In this document: piece by piece, positions 1 through 12,050 of the stretch
Layout: each line of letters starts with the position of its first letter
Position numbering within the stretch: the first letter of the stretch is position 1
NCBI GenBank assembly: GCA_036172245.1
Contig: JAYWIR010000002.1
Coordinates: 5,270,001 to 5,334,000 of the forward strand
Length of the DNA: 64,000 nucleotides
Source of the DNA: Raillietiella orientalis
Taxonomy: Eukaryota
Direction: 5' to 3'
The notes under the pieces: generated by a model
What the model was told of the DNA's origin: nothing
What the model saw: the letters and a program-made list of their open reading frames with translations, nothing else
Database searches by the model: none
Program-made: the position numbers and the translations under genes

Positions 1-46
1 AAAGGAGGAGAGGGAGACGGAGATAGCAGATTCCCAAGGAGGTCTG

Positions 47-232
47 CTTTCCTCTTCTTCGTCCGCTTCTTTTCCTCAACTCTTCTCAATTACAATTATC
101 TTAATTTTTGACATTGAACTCGTCCTTTCTTCCTCATCCTATTCTTTTTTTCTTCCTTTCCTCCTCCCTTTCTCCTCCTCTTTTCCTCCTCTATTCCTTC
201 TCCTCTCCTCTCTTCCTCCTTTTCTCTTTTTC
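47..232. repeat. CT-rich low-complexity tract
   Basis: Mostly pyrimidine (TTCCTC/CTCTT) runs. Confidence 0.7.
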
Positions 233-2829
233 CATGACAGTAATACTTTAATCACCTGCCAACATTTGAGAGAAGCGTCCGGCCATCCTACCCCCTTCTG
301 TCGAGGCGTTTCGCCCGAAGGCGGAGTCTCCTGAAAACGGGACTCTCCATCCGCGTCATCATCGCCTCATCGGCCTCCGCACCGTCGCTGCCGCAGTCGG
401 TTCGCATCCTCGCCTATCACCCCCGTTCTGAGCACGTGATTGACGACGGGACTCAGCTGAGGTCGCACGGAAGCTCCACTCCGCAACGATCCGCGAGCAC
501 CGTCCTCGTTGACCATCGTTTCCCGGACGCCCCCGCTGGCCGCAGCTCCATGCCCGCGCTCCCGGATTGGGGCTCGCGCCTACCGCGGCGGCACCCTCCT
601 CACTCTTCCCCGACCTCGGGGAAGATAGCGGGAGCCTGAAGCTTCCTCTGGCGGCTGCGCTCAAGAGGAACGGCGGCCACGGGCTCGGCCACTTGCACCC
701 GCGGACGACGTGCCAGGAAGATCCGCGGAGAGCAGGAAAGGGAGCGTCCTTGCTTTCTTTCCCCTCTCTCCCTCCTAGATTCCTACGCCCCACCCTCCCT
801 GGAGGGACACTGAGAAGCCGCAGACGCTGCGGCGCTTTCCTCCGCGACAGTCTTGCTGTCTCCGTTGCACGTGAGGGTCGCGCTCCCGCCTTGCTCTGCC
901 AAGACCGCGGGAAGCCTCCGTTGGCGCTGCGTGCGGCTGTTCCTCACGCAAAGGAAGAAAGCCTCCCCGGCAACGGCAGTGGGCTCCCGACTGAGACGGG
1001 CTCTCTCTGCCGATCCTGCCGGACTGTCCTGCCTGCACCCGTAGTGTTGACCCCCCATGCCTTGCAGGCTAGGTGAAGCAAGGTCTGGGGTCTGGAGGCA
1101 GCTGCAGATGGCCGAAGGGTCTCCTCGGCCTTCGCCGCTATTTCGGGAGGCTCTTCCTCCGTAGGCCACCCCGCCGCAGTCTCTTCCATCAGCTTTAAAT
1201 CCCTTCCTTCTCCCCTTCTTCCCTTCTTCCCTTTTCTCCTTCTCCCTCTAATGCTCTTAATCCTTCATCTAATTCTTTTCTTAATCCTCCCTATAATTCC
1301 CTTCCTAATCCTGTTTCCGCAGCTTTGGGTATCCCGAGTCTCCTTGTCAGGAACACGAAGAGAAAAGGTAAGGAGTAGAGGGAGGTCCTCGGTGCTCCGG
1401 ATGGACACCTAGGTGTGGCGAGGTCGTCCCGTCCAATTCCTATAGCTCCCATTGTCCCTTTTCTCCTTCCATCCGTTTCCTAGAGATCGGTGCTGTTCGT
1501 CAAATCTGCTGGTGAGTGCTGCAGAGGGTTTTGCTCCTTCCCTTCGCACTCATTCTCGGAGCTTCCTGAGCTTCCTAGGAGGGAATTCCCGTCTTGGGGG
1601 AGTGGCAGGAAGGGAGACTGCTGGAAGCAGTTCAGAGGCCTCTTGCGGCTGCTGCCCCCGGGCTGCCGGGCATTGTGCACTCCGGATGGGGGCCTCCCGG
1701 CTCCGTCGTCGTCCTCTTTCGTCTTGGATCGCTGCCTCCTCCCGAAGGTGGCGCGGACTCCTTCGGCCTTTCCCCGCGGATCTTCCGCGGTCGTCCGCGT
1801 TTCCTTCCTCCTTCCCGTCCTCCGCGTGCGCAGCAAACAGCGACACAGGGGAACATCCGCGGAGACGCTTGCCGGCAACCTCCTCGTGCTGGTCCCGGGA
1901 AACTTAGGTCGTCCCAGCAGCCCCGCAGATACGGCGAGGGCGCCCGAGGTGGTGGCTCGTCCCGGGAATCCGCCGCAGCAACGGGAGCAAGAGGACGAGG
2001 GAAAGCAGTACTGGCGGGGTGCGCACAGAGACCCTGCTGTGCTGCCGAGGAATGCGGCCTGGGGACACGGGCCTCAAGCCTCTCATCCGGAGCGCTCAGG
2101 ACCAACCTTTCAGATGGATCAACCGATGGATCCACAGAATGGAGGCTCTGCCCTGAGCTGACTCGAGACCTCCCCTGCCTGAGCTTGTTCTGTCTCCCGC
2201 CAGGGACTCTTGCGCTGTCCGCTTCGCCCTGCGAGGCGGAGGCGAAAGCAGAGGGCTCGCGCTTCATCCAGGCACACAATCGGGAGATTAGGGGCCGGCA
2301 ATAAATTAAATGGGGGGTGCCATGAGCGAACCTCTCGAAGTGATGATGATGATTCCCACGGGCCTGCATCGGGAGGGGAGGGGAAAAGAAGAAGCGGCTT
2401 AGTTCTGGTCTTTCCGAGATTGCCCTGAGGCATTCCTCCTCCTCCTCCTCCTCCTCTCATTCTCCCTTTCTCCTTTTCCATGGCAGGAATACCCACGAGG
2501 GCTCCTCCCACGAGGGTGGAGGCCATCGCAAGATGTTCTCTTCGATGGCGCTCGCGCTTCTCTGGCTTGCCATGATGTGGCGCGGTGACGAAGCTGTCGC
2601 AGGTTGCCTCCTGTGCTGCAGAGGTAGCCAACCCTTCCTACTCCCGCTCACGAAGGACGGCATCTCAGAGGGTCTCTCCTTGGAAGTGGGCTCCTAGCAA
2701 CGAGGCTGCCGCCGGCCGAAGAGCTTCCCTAACCGTCTGATGGTGTTGCTCCTGGAGAGTGCTGATCTTTTCGGGAGCAACACCTACTTGTCCGGCTCTT
2801 TCTGCCCGAATCAGAGTTCCCGTCCGGCG

Positions 2830-3180
2830 CGCTCAAATGAGTCCGCTCGCGGCCCCGTGGCGCGCAGCAGCTGGGCGAAGCGGGGTGCGTCCTCTCCGTC
2901 TCCCAGAAGAGTTCAAACCAAGACGGGCGCTGCCGCGTGCCCGCTTCCTAAGAAAAGAGGCTCATGGAGTCGGTCTCCAGGCGGCTCTCATTCCTCCTTT
3001 CGTATTGCCCGTTGCGCGGCCCTGATCCCTCGCCGCGACGGGTGGTTCTTCCTCTTCTCCACGTGGGACGCTGGGCTGCCATCGCTGGAACGGCTCGGGT
3101 TCGGCGCGCCTCGGGATCGCGACTAGACGCGTCTGAAAGATAGTGCGACGACGGAGTTAGGCGCGCCCTCGCGCTCTTGC
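2830..3180 (+). mobile_element. Possible decayed Ty3/gypsy RT-RNase H junction fragment
   Basis: ..CAALIPRRDGWFFLFSTWDAGL.. resembles the gypsy L...D....F.L.TDAS motif; weak. Confidence 0.3.
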
Positions 3181-3687
3181 AAAGCCTGGGAGGATGTCGC
3201 CGCCCCTGTAGGTCCTCGGCAGGGATTCTCTCTCGCAGGAGAGAGGCGGAGGTGGGAGAGAGATGGATTAGTTCGATCGGACAGGTATTTGGGCAGGAGG
3301 GTGGCCTCTCTGTGTAGATGCAGAAGGTGGGGAGGGATTCGTCCTGGGAAATCCTACCCAGCTGGGAAGACCTCCTTCCGCCGCCTGGGCGAGCTCCTGC
3401 AGCTCGTGCGCAGCTGGCTCGCTGGCGCGCGGATTTCAACTTCCGGACAGCGAGGATGATGGGCGGCACATGGCTCGCGGGGGTCTTTGAAAAGTCCTAA
3501 GGTTATCCCAGATGACCCTTCTGGGGCCGATAGGCGAATGGCAGCTGTCATGGCGACCGACTACGTATGGGTCACTCTGAAGCTCCACGGCGCGGGGAAT
3601 CCTCAGAAGAGCGAACCAACCGACGACATCCCTTTCCCCTCTTTGATTCTGAAATCTAACGGAAAGATGCCAGCAGAGTGATCCCGA

Positions 3688-4230
3688 ACCCGCATCGGAG
3701 GGCGTGTGGCTGCTGGGGTCTCCGCGCATGGCACCAGGCGTCGAGGGCTCTGGTACTCGGAAAGAATCAACGGCGAGAGATGAAGGTTGCGTCGTTGGTT
3801 CGATTTCTTCCCGCGAGATGACGCCAATTAGCTTGTCTTCGAGTGCGGCACTGGTAGCGGTTAACATCAGATGCCCCCGATGAGTGGCCGGATTGGGAGT
3901 CAACTCTCCGGAATTCTTCCAGGAAACCGAACCAAGGAATCCGGTTACCTTCAGGGTTCCCCTCCGGTTTTGTGAAGGAGCGGACCTGTCCTTAGCGGAC
4001 CTGTCTTTAGGCTCTGTCTCGTACCATGGAGCCGGTGGATTGATGATGCCTCTCGAGGGTGTTAAGATGAAGTGCACTGCTCCCTTCGGGAAACGTCTTT
4101 TCATGGTTCTCTTCAGAGGAGGAAACAAGAGCAGATCCTTTCCGAATCCTCTTTGGAGGAGAAAAACTGGAGCTGTAACCTCCCAGGGTCCTTTCGGAGA
4201 GCATAAGGAAGAGGATCCCTTCGGAGAAAA
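3688..4230 (+). mobile_element. Long tRNA-headed SINE-like element, old diverged copy (3' part missing)
   Basis: Degenerate head (CCCGCATCGGAGGGCGTGTGGCTGC..TCCGCGCATGGCACCAGGCGTCGAGGG), then CCCGCGAGATGACGC, CCATGGAGC and GGTTCTCTTCAGAGGAGGAAACAAGAGC blocks shared with the other copies. Confidence 0.7.
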
Positions 4231-5149
4231 CCAGGCATTCATCTCGAATGGACTGACGCGCCCTGCAGGGTGACTGAACCGTGTTCGCCTGCTGGTGCCG
4301 CAAAGAATGCCTTGTCGACGTAGAGGGGAGGTCTCCAGGGTGGAAAGGGAGGATACCGGTCCAGAGGAGGTGGTGTCTGCTCGCAAATCCGTCGCATGCT
4401 GCCCCTGAGAGAGCTCGCTGGCAGCGTCGGTCGACGGAGGCAGCTACCGAAGCTCACCAAGATGCCATCCAGCGGCCGCGCGCGCGGGATCTCCCTTCGA
4501 AAGCATCCTTGGATCTGAGGGATCCAACGAGAGGTACGAACCCCTCCGGGTGATTCGCGAACAAAGCTCGCCCGGATCCCGAATGGACCAGAACCCTCCT
4601 TGCATCCCCTTCTCGCAATAGGTTCAGCCCTCAGAGATCAGCTCCTGCTCTCCTTTCTCGACTCTGTCGAGTCCACTCGCTTGCCCTACTTGTGAAGCTC
4701 CTGCACCACCACCTCCCATCTCCTCTTCGAGCGACCTCTCCTTCCCTCTTTTCCTGTCTCTCCGAAAAAAAGGTCTTGGCTCAGACAGCAGCGCGCATTG
4801 CGTGCTCGGTTGCCGGGACACGGGCTCCCTGATGCAGGGCTAGAGGGGAACCCAAGTGGCGCGCCGTGAGGACCCGCCTCCCTCCTCGTGAGACGCTGTG
4901 TCTTCGTCTCATCGACCCAACACGCCCCCTCGATGGTCTTTCAGGCATCCGGAGAGCAGAGCAGGGGAAGGGCTCCCTTGGCCTGCTCCCGGGAAGCAAG
5001 CGCCGCGAACGTCTCGAGATGCTAATTGGGCACGTCAGCCCCCGAGGGGACTGCAAAGCGCCTGAGGGCTTTCATCCGCTCTTCGAAGCATCCGCTGTGC
5101 AATCACGGGGCTGAGATGACACCCCCCCTCATCCCACACGCGGCCGATC

Positions 5150-5620
5150 AGGCGGCAGCATCTGCCCCTCGAGGATCGGTGCGTGCCCCTGAGAAAGGAG
5201 CCGCGGCAGCGGGAGCGCGGCATCCAGGCCGGAATCCGTCTCTTTCAGCCACGGGAAACAGCGACGCGACTTTTCCCGAGCGGCCAGCCTCCGCGTCTCC
5301 CGGAAACTGCGAGCAATCCTCTGTCCAGAGGAGGTCTGGAACTCCGAGAAAAGGCACGCGCGGGCACGCACACTCATCCACCACGCCGCCGCCGCTACCA
5401 CTCGCCAGGGCGCGCTCCACCAGCGAGACTGAGAACCTTCCCGCTCCACGCGCAAGCCTGCTGCTCACACGTGGATCGGTATGGTCGGTGCTGATCGCTG
5501 ACCTCTCGGCTAGCGCGTTAGCAGGAAGCGCTCCACTGGCGCGGTGTTTTCCTCGAGCAGCAGCAGATGCTCTGCGACCTTTGTGCACCGCCTGGAAGGG
5601 AGGCGGAAGGGGGAGGAAGA
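5150..5620 (+). mobile_element. Decayed Ty3/gypsy integrase fragment (H2C2 zinc finger to core start)
   Basis: ARHPGRNP..FPE..NCEQ resembles H.GHPG..WP..C..C; downstream SHVDRYGR resembles VVD.YSK. Confidence 0.4.
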
Positions 5621-6039
5621 GTGCACAGAACCTTCTATTCCGGAGCCTGAGAATTCGCCTCCCCTCCGCGTGGAGCGCGGTTGCTGGTCCGCAGCTGCAT
5701 TTTTTCCCGGGGGAGGAAGGACGTTTCGACCCACAAGGGCAGGTCCCTAAGAAGTCCGCGACCTTCCTCGATCTAATGGAGAAAAGCGAGAAAGGAGGCT
5801 GCGCTCCTCTTCATCCTCCTCATCCGCTTCGTCAACCTTCCGCCGAGGGCGCTGGAACCAACGGACCGGCGTCCCGGGACTGCCCGCACTTCTTTCTCCA
5901 TCTTGAGACAGTTCCGAGCTACAGTTACCCTCCTCCTCCGCCCCAATCTCTCTTACTACCTCTCTCCTTGTTCAGCTGCTCTCAGCGGGCCGCCTCCTGG
6001 AAGATCAAGCCGCTGCTCCCTTTGGGGAGCAGATCCTAT

Positions 6040-6130
6040 AGAGAAACTGGGAAACGTCCCTTCGGTGGTTCTCTTCGAAGGAGTAACAAGGGGCAGTTCC
6101 CTCTGAAGAGGAAATCCCAGGTGCAGATCG
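6040..6130 (+). mobile_element. Internal fragment of the long SINE-like element
   Basis: GAGAAACTGGGAAACGTCCCTTCGGTGGTTCTCTTCGAAGGAG..GTTCCCTCTGAAGAGGAAAT matches the body at about 11725-11815. Confidence 0.55.
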
Positions 6131-6149
6131 TCAGGAGAGGATTCCAGAA

Positions 6150-6410
6150 CCCAGAGACCCTCTTCGACGACCAGGCTGCCCTCGACCGGGCCCTCTATCG
6201 GAAGTCCTCGCGCTTCCGCGAGCCACAGACGCAGGAATGAAGCCGGGGCTCCAGGAGACGTTCCAAGGAATAAGGACGGCAGGCAGCCTGCCTCCCGGAG
6301 GAGATGGGAGTACCCGGAAGCGCAAGGAGTCTCTCCAGGAGGATGCGCGATTACCCTCAGGAGCGTCTGTCCGCTTCCAGTCCTCCAGGAAGGTTATGGA
6401 GAACTCTCGA
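6150..6410 (+). repeat. Dispersed repeat of a second family, copy 1 (homologous to 8780-9010)
   Basis: Shared blocks GACCGGG..CCGCGAGCCACAGAC..GGAATGAAG..GTTCCAAGGAA..GAGGAGAT..CCCGGAAG..GGAGTCTC..CAGGAGCGTC. Confidence 0.7.
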
Positions 6411-7379
6411 CCTTTTCTTCAATTTTTCAGGACGGTTCGGGGAAACAGACCACCATTCACAGGGAGGTGCCCCCCCCTGCTCGCGAAGATGGTTAATAGA
6501 ACCCCCCTTTCCTCCTAGGGAAGCTCCTTCTGTTCTCCGGTTGCCCCCAATCATTCGTATTGATCTCTGTGGGAGGTACGACGCCCACGGAGCGCGCTCA
6601 CGAACGCCTACCGGGGCGCGGCCACCAGGAGAGGGTGTGTTGCTCCGCTCCCTTCATCCTATCTCCCACTTCTGTGCTCTTCTCGTGCATCGTCGGCTAG
6701 AGAGGAATCCCTAGGCACGTTCCCTCTCGCATCGATTCCCCACCTCTCCCTGGAGAACCCAACCCTCTGAAGCTGCTGCTTCCGGCAAGGAGGGAGTAGC
6801 CGAGAGACCTCGCCAGCAGGGGGAGTTTCTGACTCCTCGATCCGGGAGATCCACGAGGGCTTGCCCGAGGCTGCGGATTCGAGTAGAGGAGGAAGATCAG
6901 GGACTCCTTCAGGGCTGCAGCGGCGACGTACCTCCTCCCCCTTCGGCCGTTCGCACCTCTACGACCGTCCTTCAGGGCGGTGGAATGTCTCCCATCCCTT
7001 GATCCAGGACTAAGAGGCGCGCCATCCCTTCCTGTCGTCAGAGCTTGGCAGCCGGTCGTGTCTCCTCCGGGACCGATCCTCAGCCGTCCATAGGAACAAC
7101 CCTTTCCATCCTTCGTTCCACTCCCGAGGAAAAGTTCCCTAGAGGTCTGACTCAATATCCCTTCCGAGCTCTCCCTCGCCAGGATTTCGGAAGTTTTCTC
7201 CGCCTCTTCCAGGAGGGTCGGGATCCCGGATCCATGCCAAAGTCAAGGTGCCCGCCGAATAGAACACTGAGGTGCGAGCCGAGGAGGGACGGTGTTGGGG
7301 TTCCTCCGGTGGAGGCGCCATCCTCATTCTCGGATGGCGTTTTCTCTCCGGCGATCCCCCATCCGGTTCCCGTCGCGCC

Positions 7380-8340
7380 TCCCTGTGGCGTGTGACCACC
7401 GCCGGCCTGATCGTGTAGAGGTCTCCTCCACCACCGCCACAGACACGTCGCCGTGTCGAATATCCGTCGCTCTGAAGCGCGGACTTGGAAGGTGCCACTT
7501 CCTTGCGAGGCCTCCCCCTCGCTCGTCTACGGGACGTCCAGGAACCTTTGCGAGACGCGGCGGGAGCCATTTCTTCCTTCCTTCCCTCTCTCTCTCCCTA
7601 AGGAAGGAAAGGGAAGAGGGAGGAAGATCCATGGATTTTCTATCTCAAAGAAAACCCTTCCGGCGGAAGAAAGTGGACGTTGATTGATCGATGGGGGTTG
7701 TCGTCAAGGTAGCAGACACGGCGACGCGGCGAGGAAATCGATGTGCACGCATCCAGAACACGAATGCTCAACGGCGTGCACGGGGCGCCGGGCGCTCGGA
7801 AGAGGTTCGACGGCGCCAACACCTTGGCTGCTTTCGGTGACTGGCATTGGTAGATGCAGCCGCGCACCGCCTCGGGGGAGGTGGCTGTGACCACCCGCGC
7901 GACACCGACTGCGGACTGGATGCTTCGAACGCGCGCACGCCGGATCGACCTCCTCCTCTTCGTGTCCACCTCACGAACTGACAAGGTACACTCCCCGTGA
8001 CGCACTTCCATCCCCAACTCTTCGTCGTTGCGCACCCTCTATCTCCCCAGAATGCGCGGAAGGTTCCTCTGGACTCCCGGATACGCTCCCCCTTTCTCTT
8101 CAGAGGCCGGTTCCGAGGAGCTCCAGGTGGGAACGTGTTCTCGCATCTTTTTCGCCCTCTGCCGACCAATTTCCCCCGGGAATCGCATCCCCCGAAGCGG
8201 GGGAATTCGGAACGGAGGCTGCAAAAGCTGCTCAGCTCCTCCTTCCCTGTCCTGGGGCGGCGCTCGCCGCACGTCGTCTATCGGCGCCCGTCCGAGAAAC
8301 CCCTGGAGCCAAATGCCTCGTTGGAAGGCACTTCGCATTC
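7380..8340 (-). mobile_element. Decayed Ty3/gypsy reverse transcriptase
   Basis: Ordered motifs: QPPFRIP (pre-RT), GCIYQC..APSNLFR (resembles GLYQF..AP.IFQR), VCYLDD at 7700-7717, then RLAKVPGRPVDERGGGLARK (resembles RL..VL.RL...GL.L..K). Frameshifted. Confidence 0.7.
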
Positions 8341-8779
8341 GCTCATCGAGAAGAGCAGCGGTGTCGCCTGGCTTCCCTCTCCCCCCCGTCCTGTGGGCAG
8401 CTCCCCCCCCTCCTTCCTGCCATTGGGAAACGCCGCGCTCAGCAAATCGTCAGCGGAGGGGCGGACGACCCAGGAGAACGCGTCGCACTGCCTGGTCCCT
8501 AAGGAAACGGAATTATGTCCTTGAGATCTCGGGGATCGTGGGCCAGGGAAAGATAATGCGCCGCAACACGGGACAAAAAAACGGCAGTGAGTCCTTCCAG
8601 AGTCGGAAGGAATGAACCTCCAGCTGGGTGACACGGGAGTTCCCTGGAGCTTCCATTGGGAAATTGCTGAAAGGGTCAAAGATGATGCCCCTCCCCCTTC
8701 CCCCCCCCCAAAAAAAAAAAAACAACAACAGTGCCCGTAGTGCTCGTTTTCGGAGCGGGTCCTTGCCGGAGCGGATCCG

Positions 8780-9010
8780 GGAACCCAACGACCACCCTGG
8801 ATATGGGTGACCGGGACCTTGATCAGGAAGTCATCCTGCTCCCGCGAGCCACAGACTCGGGAATGAAGAGGCATGGGCTCCGGAAAATGTTCCAAGGAAA
8901 CAAAGACGACAGACCGTCTGCCTTTCAGAGGAGATAGAGTCCCCGGAAGTGAAGGGAGTCTCGCCAAGAGGACGCGCTATGACCCCCAGGAGCGTCGTTT
9001 CTGGAAACGT
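8780..9010 (+). repeat. Dispersed repeat of a second family, copy 2
   Basis: Colinear match to 6150-6410. Confidence 0.7.
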
Positions 9011-9239
9011 CTCCATAATCAGATAATCAGATGTCAACTTCTATGACCGTGGATCGTCCGTGGGAATTCCAGACTGACGATCCAGGGAGCAAGGGGTGCG
9101 TCTTCAGTCAGCACCTCCTCCTCCGAGGGAACCCGGACGGAAGGAACTCAGCGGAGAGCGACTTAAGCACTCCGCTCGCCGGCTCCCGGACGGGATACCT
9201 GCTGTGCTCGAAAATTGGGTGCACCCGGAGTTCCCCAGG

Positions 9240-9992
9240 GAACTGACTGCCATCGCCACAAGCCTGTTGCAGGCAGATGAAGCGGAGGAAGCGACCTCCA
9301 AGCAAAGTGGCGCCTGGGAATGACCTTGCAGTTCTGTGCTTACAGGCTTCACCGCTCTTGGCGGTGCTGCTGATTCTTTGTGCTCTGACCTGTTCTTTGC
9401 AGTGGGTCTCCGTTCCTCCAGACCGATCAGGTGCTGCACCCGAACATCAGTGCACATTGTCTATACACGTGCACGCATCGGGCTGAAAAGTGATGCAGCT
9501 AGCTGGAAGGTCTCGTCTAACTCTTGGAAGCGTCCCCTGAACTCGTGCAAAACAACCGTTTGGGACCTTTTTGGAACCAGGGAGTGCGGCTTTCAGCAGG
9601 TGAGGAAGAACAGAGGAACTGGATTCCTGTTGCTTAGCAGCCACCAGGTTCAGCTTGGCTCGTTGACGTGAGATTTCCTTCCCGTTCGTGCCAGGAAGCG
9701 GAAATCCCTGCACGGTTACACATCAGTTCGGGTGAGACGCTCGTGTGCAAGAGCTGAGGAGACCCGCGGTACCGTGCCCGTGGCGTTAAGGACGAGCACC
9801 GTCTCTTGCTCCCGGAAGAACGGTGGCAGCAGAGCTGACTTCCGATGGAGTTACTGCAGAGAAGTGAACTTGGCAACGCCGTGTGGCGCGCTGCTGCCCT
9901 GCCTATTGAAACCCGTCATTAATTTCGAGCGATTACGCATAGCCTCGTTTCTCCGAGATAGGAAACGTAGCAACGGCGTTTCAAGGGGAGGA
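9240..9992 (+). mobile_element. Ty3/gypsy integrase C-terminal relic ending in a polypurine tract
   Basis: CSDLFFAVGLR (resembles SP.ELFFG..LR), RNWIPV..PGSAWLVDV..RLH (resembles KWIPG..GP.SY.V..RRH), then AAGGGGAGGA at 9983-9992 directly followed by TGT (PPT plus LTR start). Confidence 0.55.
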
Positions 9993-10049
9993 TGTGACTT
10001 TCAGTGGGTCGAGGGAAATCGTTCAGAATAACGAGAAGGGGATTGGGAG

Positions 10050-10750
10050 ATCGCTCTTTCTCTACGCGATCATGAATCACCAGGAAACGGTGAGTGAGAA
10101 CGAGATGGGTGGATGCTGGAGTTCCTCTGAAGCCAAACAAGCCTGGCACAGAGATGTCCAGATCTGCAAGGTGAAGGAGGGAGGGTAGAAGTTAACCCTC
10201 ACCAGGAGACCCATCGAGGCGACGCAGGCTTTGCCTCTCGGCTCGTCCCGGCTTCCTTCCCGAAATGGGATGGCAGCCGCATACTCACAAGGGAGGACAG
10301 CGCTGCGGCAAGAGGGACGGCGGTAGCCAGGATTCTCACCTTTTGCGGGTCCTGCAGCACCTCTCCCGAAGGATGGTTGAGAAAGAGACGTGAGGGACGA
10401 GGTTTCCACCGGGAGCGCTCCCTGATCCCCTGGAACGCAGCCCAGAACCGAAGAAGAGATCGGCCCATTGCTAGAACCGTGGATGGCCCTTTCGAGCACT
10501 CTCCAAAAGCCGTTCGGGCAGCGAGGAAAGGGAGAAGGAGGAAAAATGTGTCGCGAGACACTCTTCAGACTTCCTCCAAAGGCATCGGGACGTCAGTTCG
10601 CGTTGTCTTCGAGGGATCCGACCTGCGATCGAACCGTTCGATATACTGTCAAATGCCTCCGCTCTGAGCAAACTGCATGCGGGAACCACCAGTGCCCTCG
10701 GTCATCGGATGCAGCAAGAACACCAACCGCTGGTTGTATCGTGCGAAACG
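10050..10750 (-). mobile_element. Decayed Ty3/gypsy integrase core
   Basis: GSSNGPISSS..VETSSL..QPSFG (resembles SDNGPQF.S..TSSPY.PQSNG) followed by LFGFRGTPAST (resembles LL.YR.TP.ST). Confidence 0.55.
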
Positions 10751-10758
10751 CCCTCGAT

Positions 10759-11409
10759 GCCTGCGTTGGCGGCCGCCCAGCCCCCGCGAGGCGCGGCGCC
10801 ATGCGTCGCGGGTTCGAATGCAGCTTGGGGAAGGGTTGAGTCCCGCCAGAGAAACCGAGAATGCGTCGTGGGTTTCCAGTCCTCCCTCCCCTTAGGATAA
10901 CTCTGGTTGGCCCACGAGTTTCGGATGCAACGCTAGTGGAAGCTGAAAAACCAGATTTCGGGATTGGGACTTGACCCTGCGGAGTCCTTCGCGGTTCTCT
11001 CACTCCGGTTGTGAAAATTGAGCCTTCTTCCCCCTCAGGGATGACCTACATCTCGTACAATGGGGCTGGTTGATACTCCCCTCGTGGGGTTGCCTCCACA
11101 GAATGTTAAGAAGCGCACTGCTCCCTTCAAGGAGGTCCCCTTCAGATAAATGGAGCGTCCCTTTGGGGTTCTCTTCAGAGGAGGCGGGAACAAGGAATGG
11201 ATTCTTTCCGGGTTCCCTTTGGAGAAGAAAATGAGAGGAGACCCCAACAAACCGGGGTTTTCCTCCGGAGAGAATATGGAAGAGGTTCCCTTTCCCATTC
11301 TCTTACGAAGCGCGAGAGAAACGGATTCCCTCCCTCCGGAGCACTTTCTGGATTCCATAGGGTGGTCCCTCTGGGGCAGCCCCTTTAATTTGAAGAGTCA
11401 GCACGCACC
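10759..11409 (+). mobile_element. Long tRNA-headed SINE-like element, first copy of tandem cluster 1
   Basis: Head GCCTGCGTTGGCGGCCG..CCATGCGTCGCGGGTTCGAATG (B-box), shared body, 3' block CTGGATTCCATAGGGTG..TTGAAGAGTCAGCACGCACC. Confidence 0.8.
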
Positions 11410-11436
11410 GCCCGAGGGTGCGTGTTGACTCTTCAA

Positions 11437-12043
11437 GTGGGTTCCGAGTTCCTCCTGCGAGATGACGCTGGTTGGCCTACATTCATTCGGGGTGGCCCTG
11501 GTTGCGGTTCAAACCGGATGCTTCCGATGAGGGCAGTGGGGAATCGACCTCCAGGTCCTTTCAGGAATCAAGAAGTGGGAGTTCTTTCCCTTTGGTTGTG
11601 CAAAGGAGAGCGAACCCCTCAGTGTGGGGGACCTCTCCGGTTCGTTCTGATGGAGTAAGTGTGTGGTCATCTCTCCAGGGAGTGCAGAGAAGCGAGCCGA
11701 TCCCTTCGGGGAACCCCGACTCTCTGAGAAGATTCGGGAGCGTCCCTTCGGGGTTCTCTTCAGAGGAGGAGGAAACAGGAGCGGAGTTCCCTCTGGAGAA
11801 GAAATTCCTACTAGCGGATCCTTTCCGGTTCCCTTTGGGAAAGAAAAATGAAGCGAACTTCCCCGGAGGGTTCCTCCGGAGAGAATAAGGGAGGAGATTC
11901 CCTTCTGGGTTCCTTTCCTTCGGAGACAACCTCGTGATCTCCATTCCGGGGATTCCTCCCCAGGTGTGAGAGGAACAGACTCCGAGCCCTTCCTGGATTC
12001 ATAGGACGGACGTCTCCCGGAGTACCTCCCTATCTTGAAGAAT
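11437..12043 (+). mobile_element. Long SINE-like element, young 5'-truncated copy
   Basis: Nearly identical to 55554-56159 (about 20 differences in about 607 nt, counted by eye). Confidence 0.9.
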
Positions 12044-12050
12044 CATCCTT

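Noticed and set aside
5026..6240. 404-aa ORF (similarly 49794-50981 and 58136-59329)
   Set aside because: Low-complexity R/P/S/G/A-rich reading through GC-rich TE relics; crosses unrelated elements and has no coherent domain.
10759..10830. Functional tRNA genes at the GGTTCGAAT sites
   Set aside because: No closing acceptor stem or clean cloverleaf; sequences continue into a shared repeat body, so they are SINE heads.
11150..12002. ORFs repeated in SINE copies (e.g. ERPFGVLFRGGGN)
   Set aside because: Similarity reflects nucleotide repeat homology; frames and stops differ between copies.
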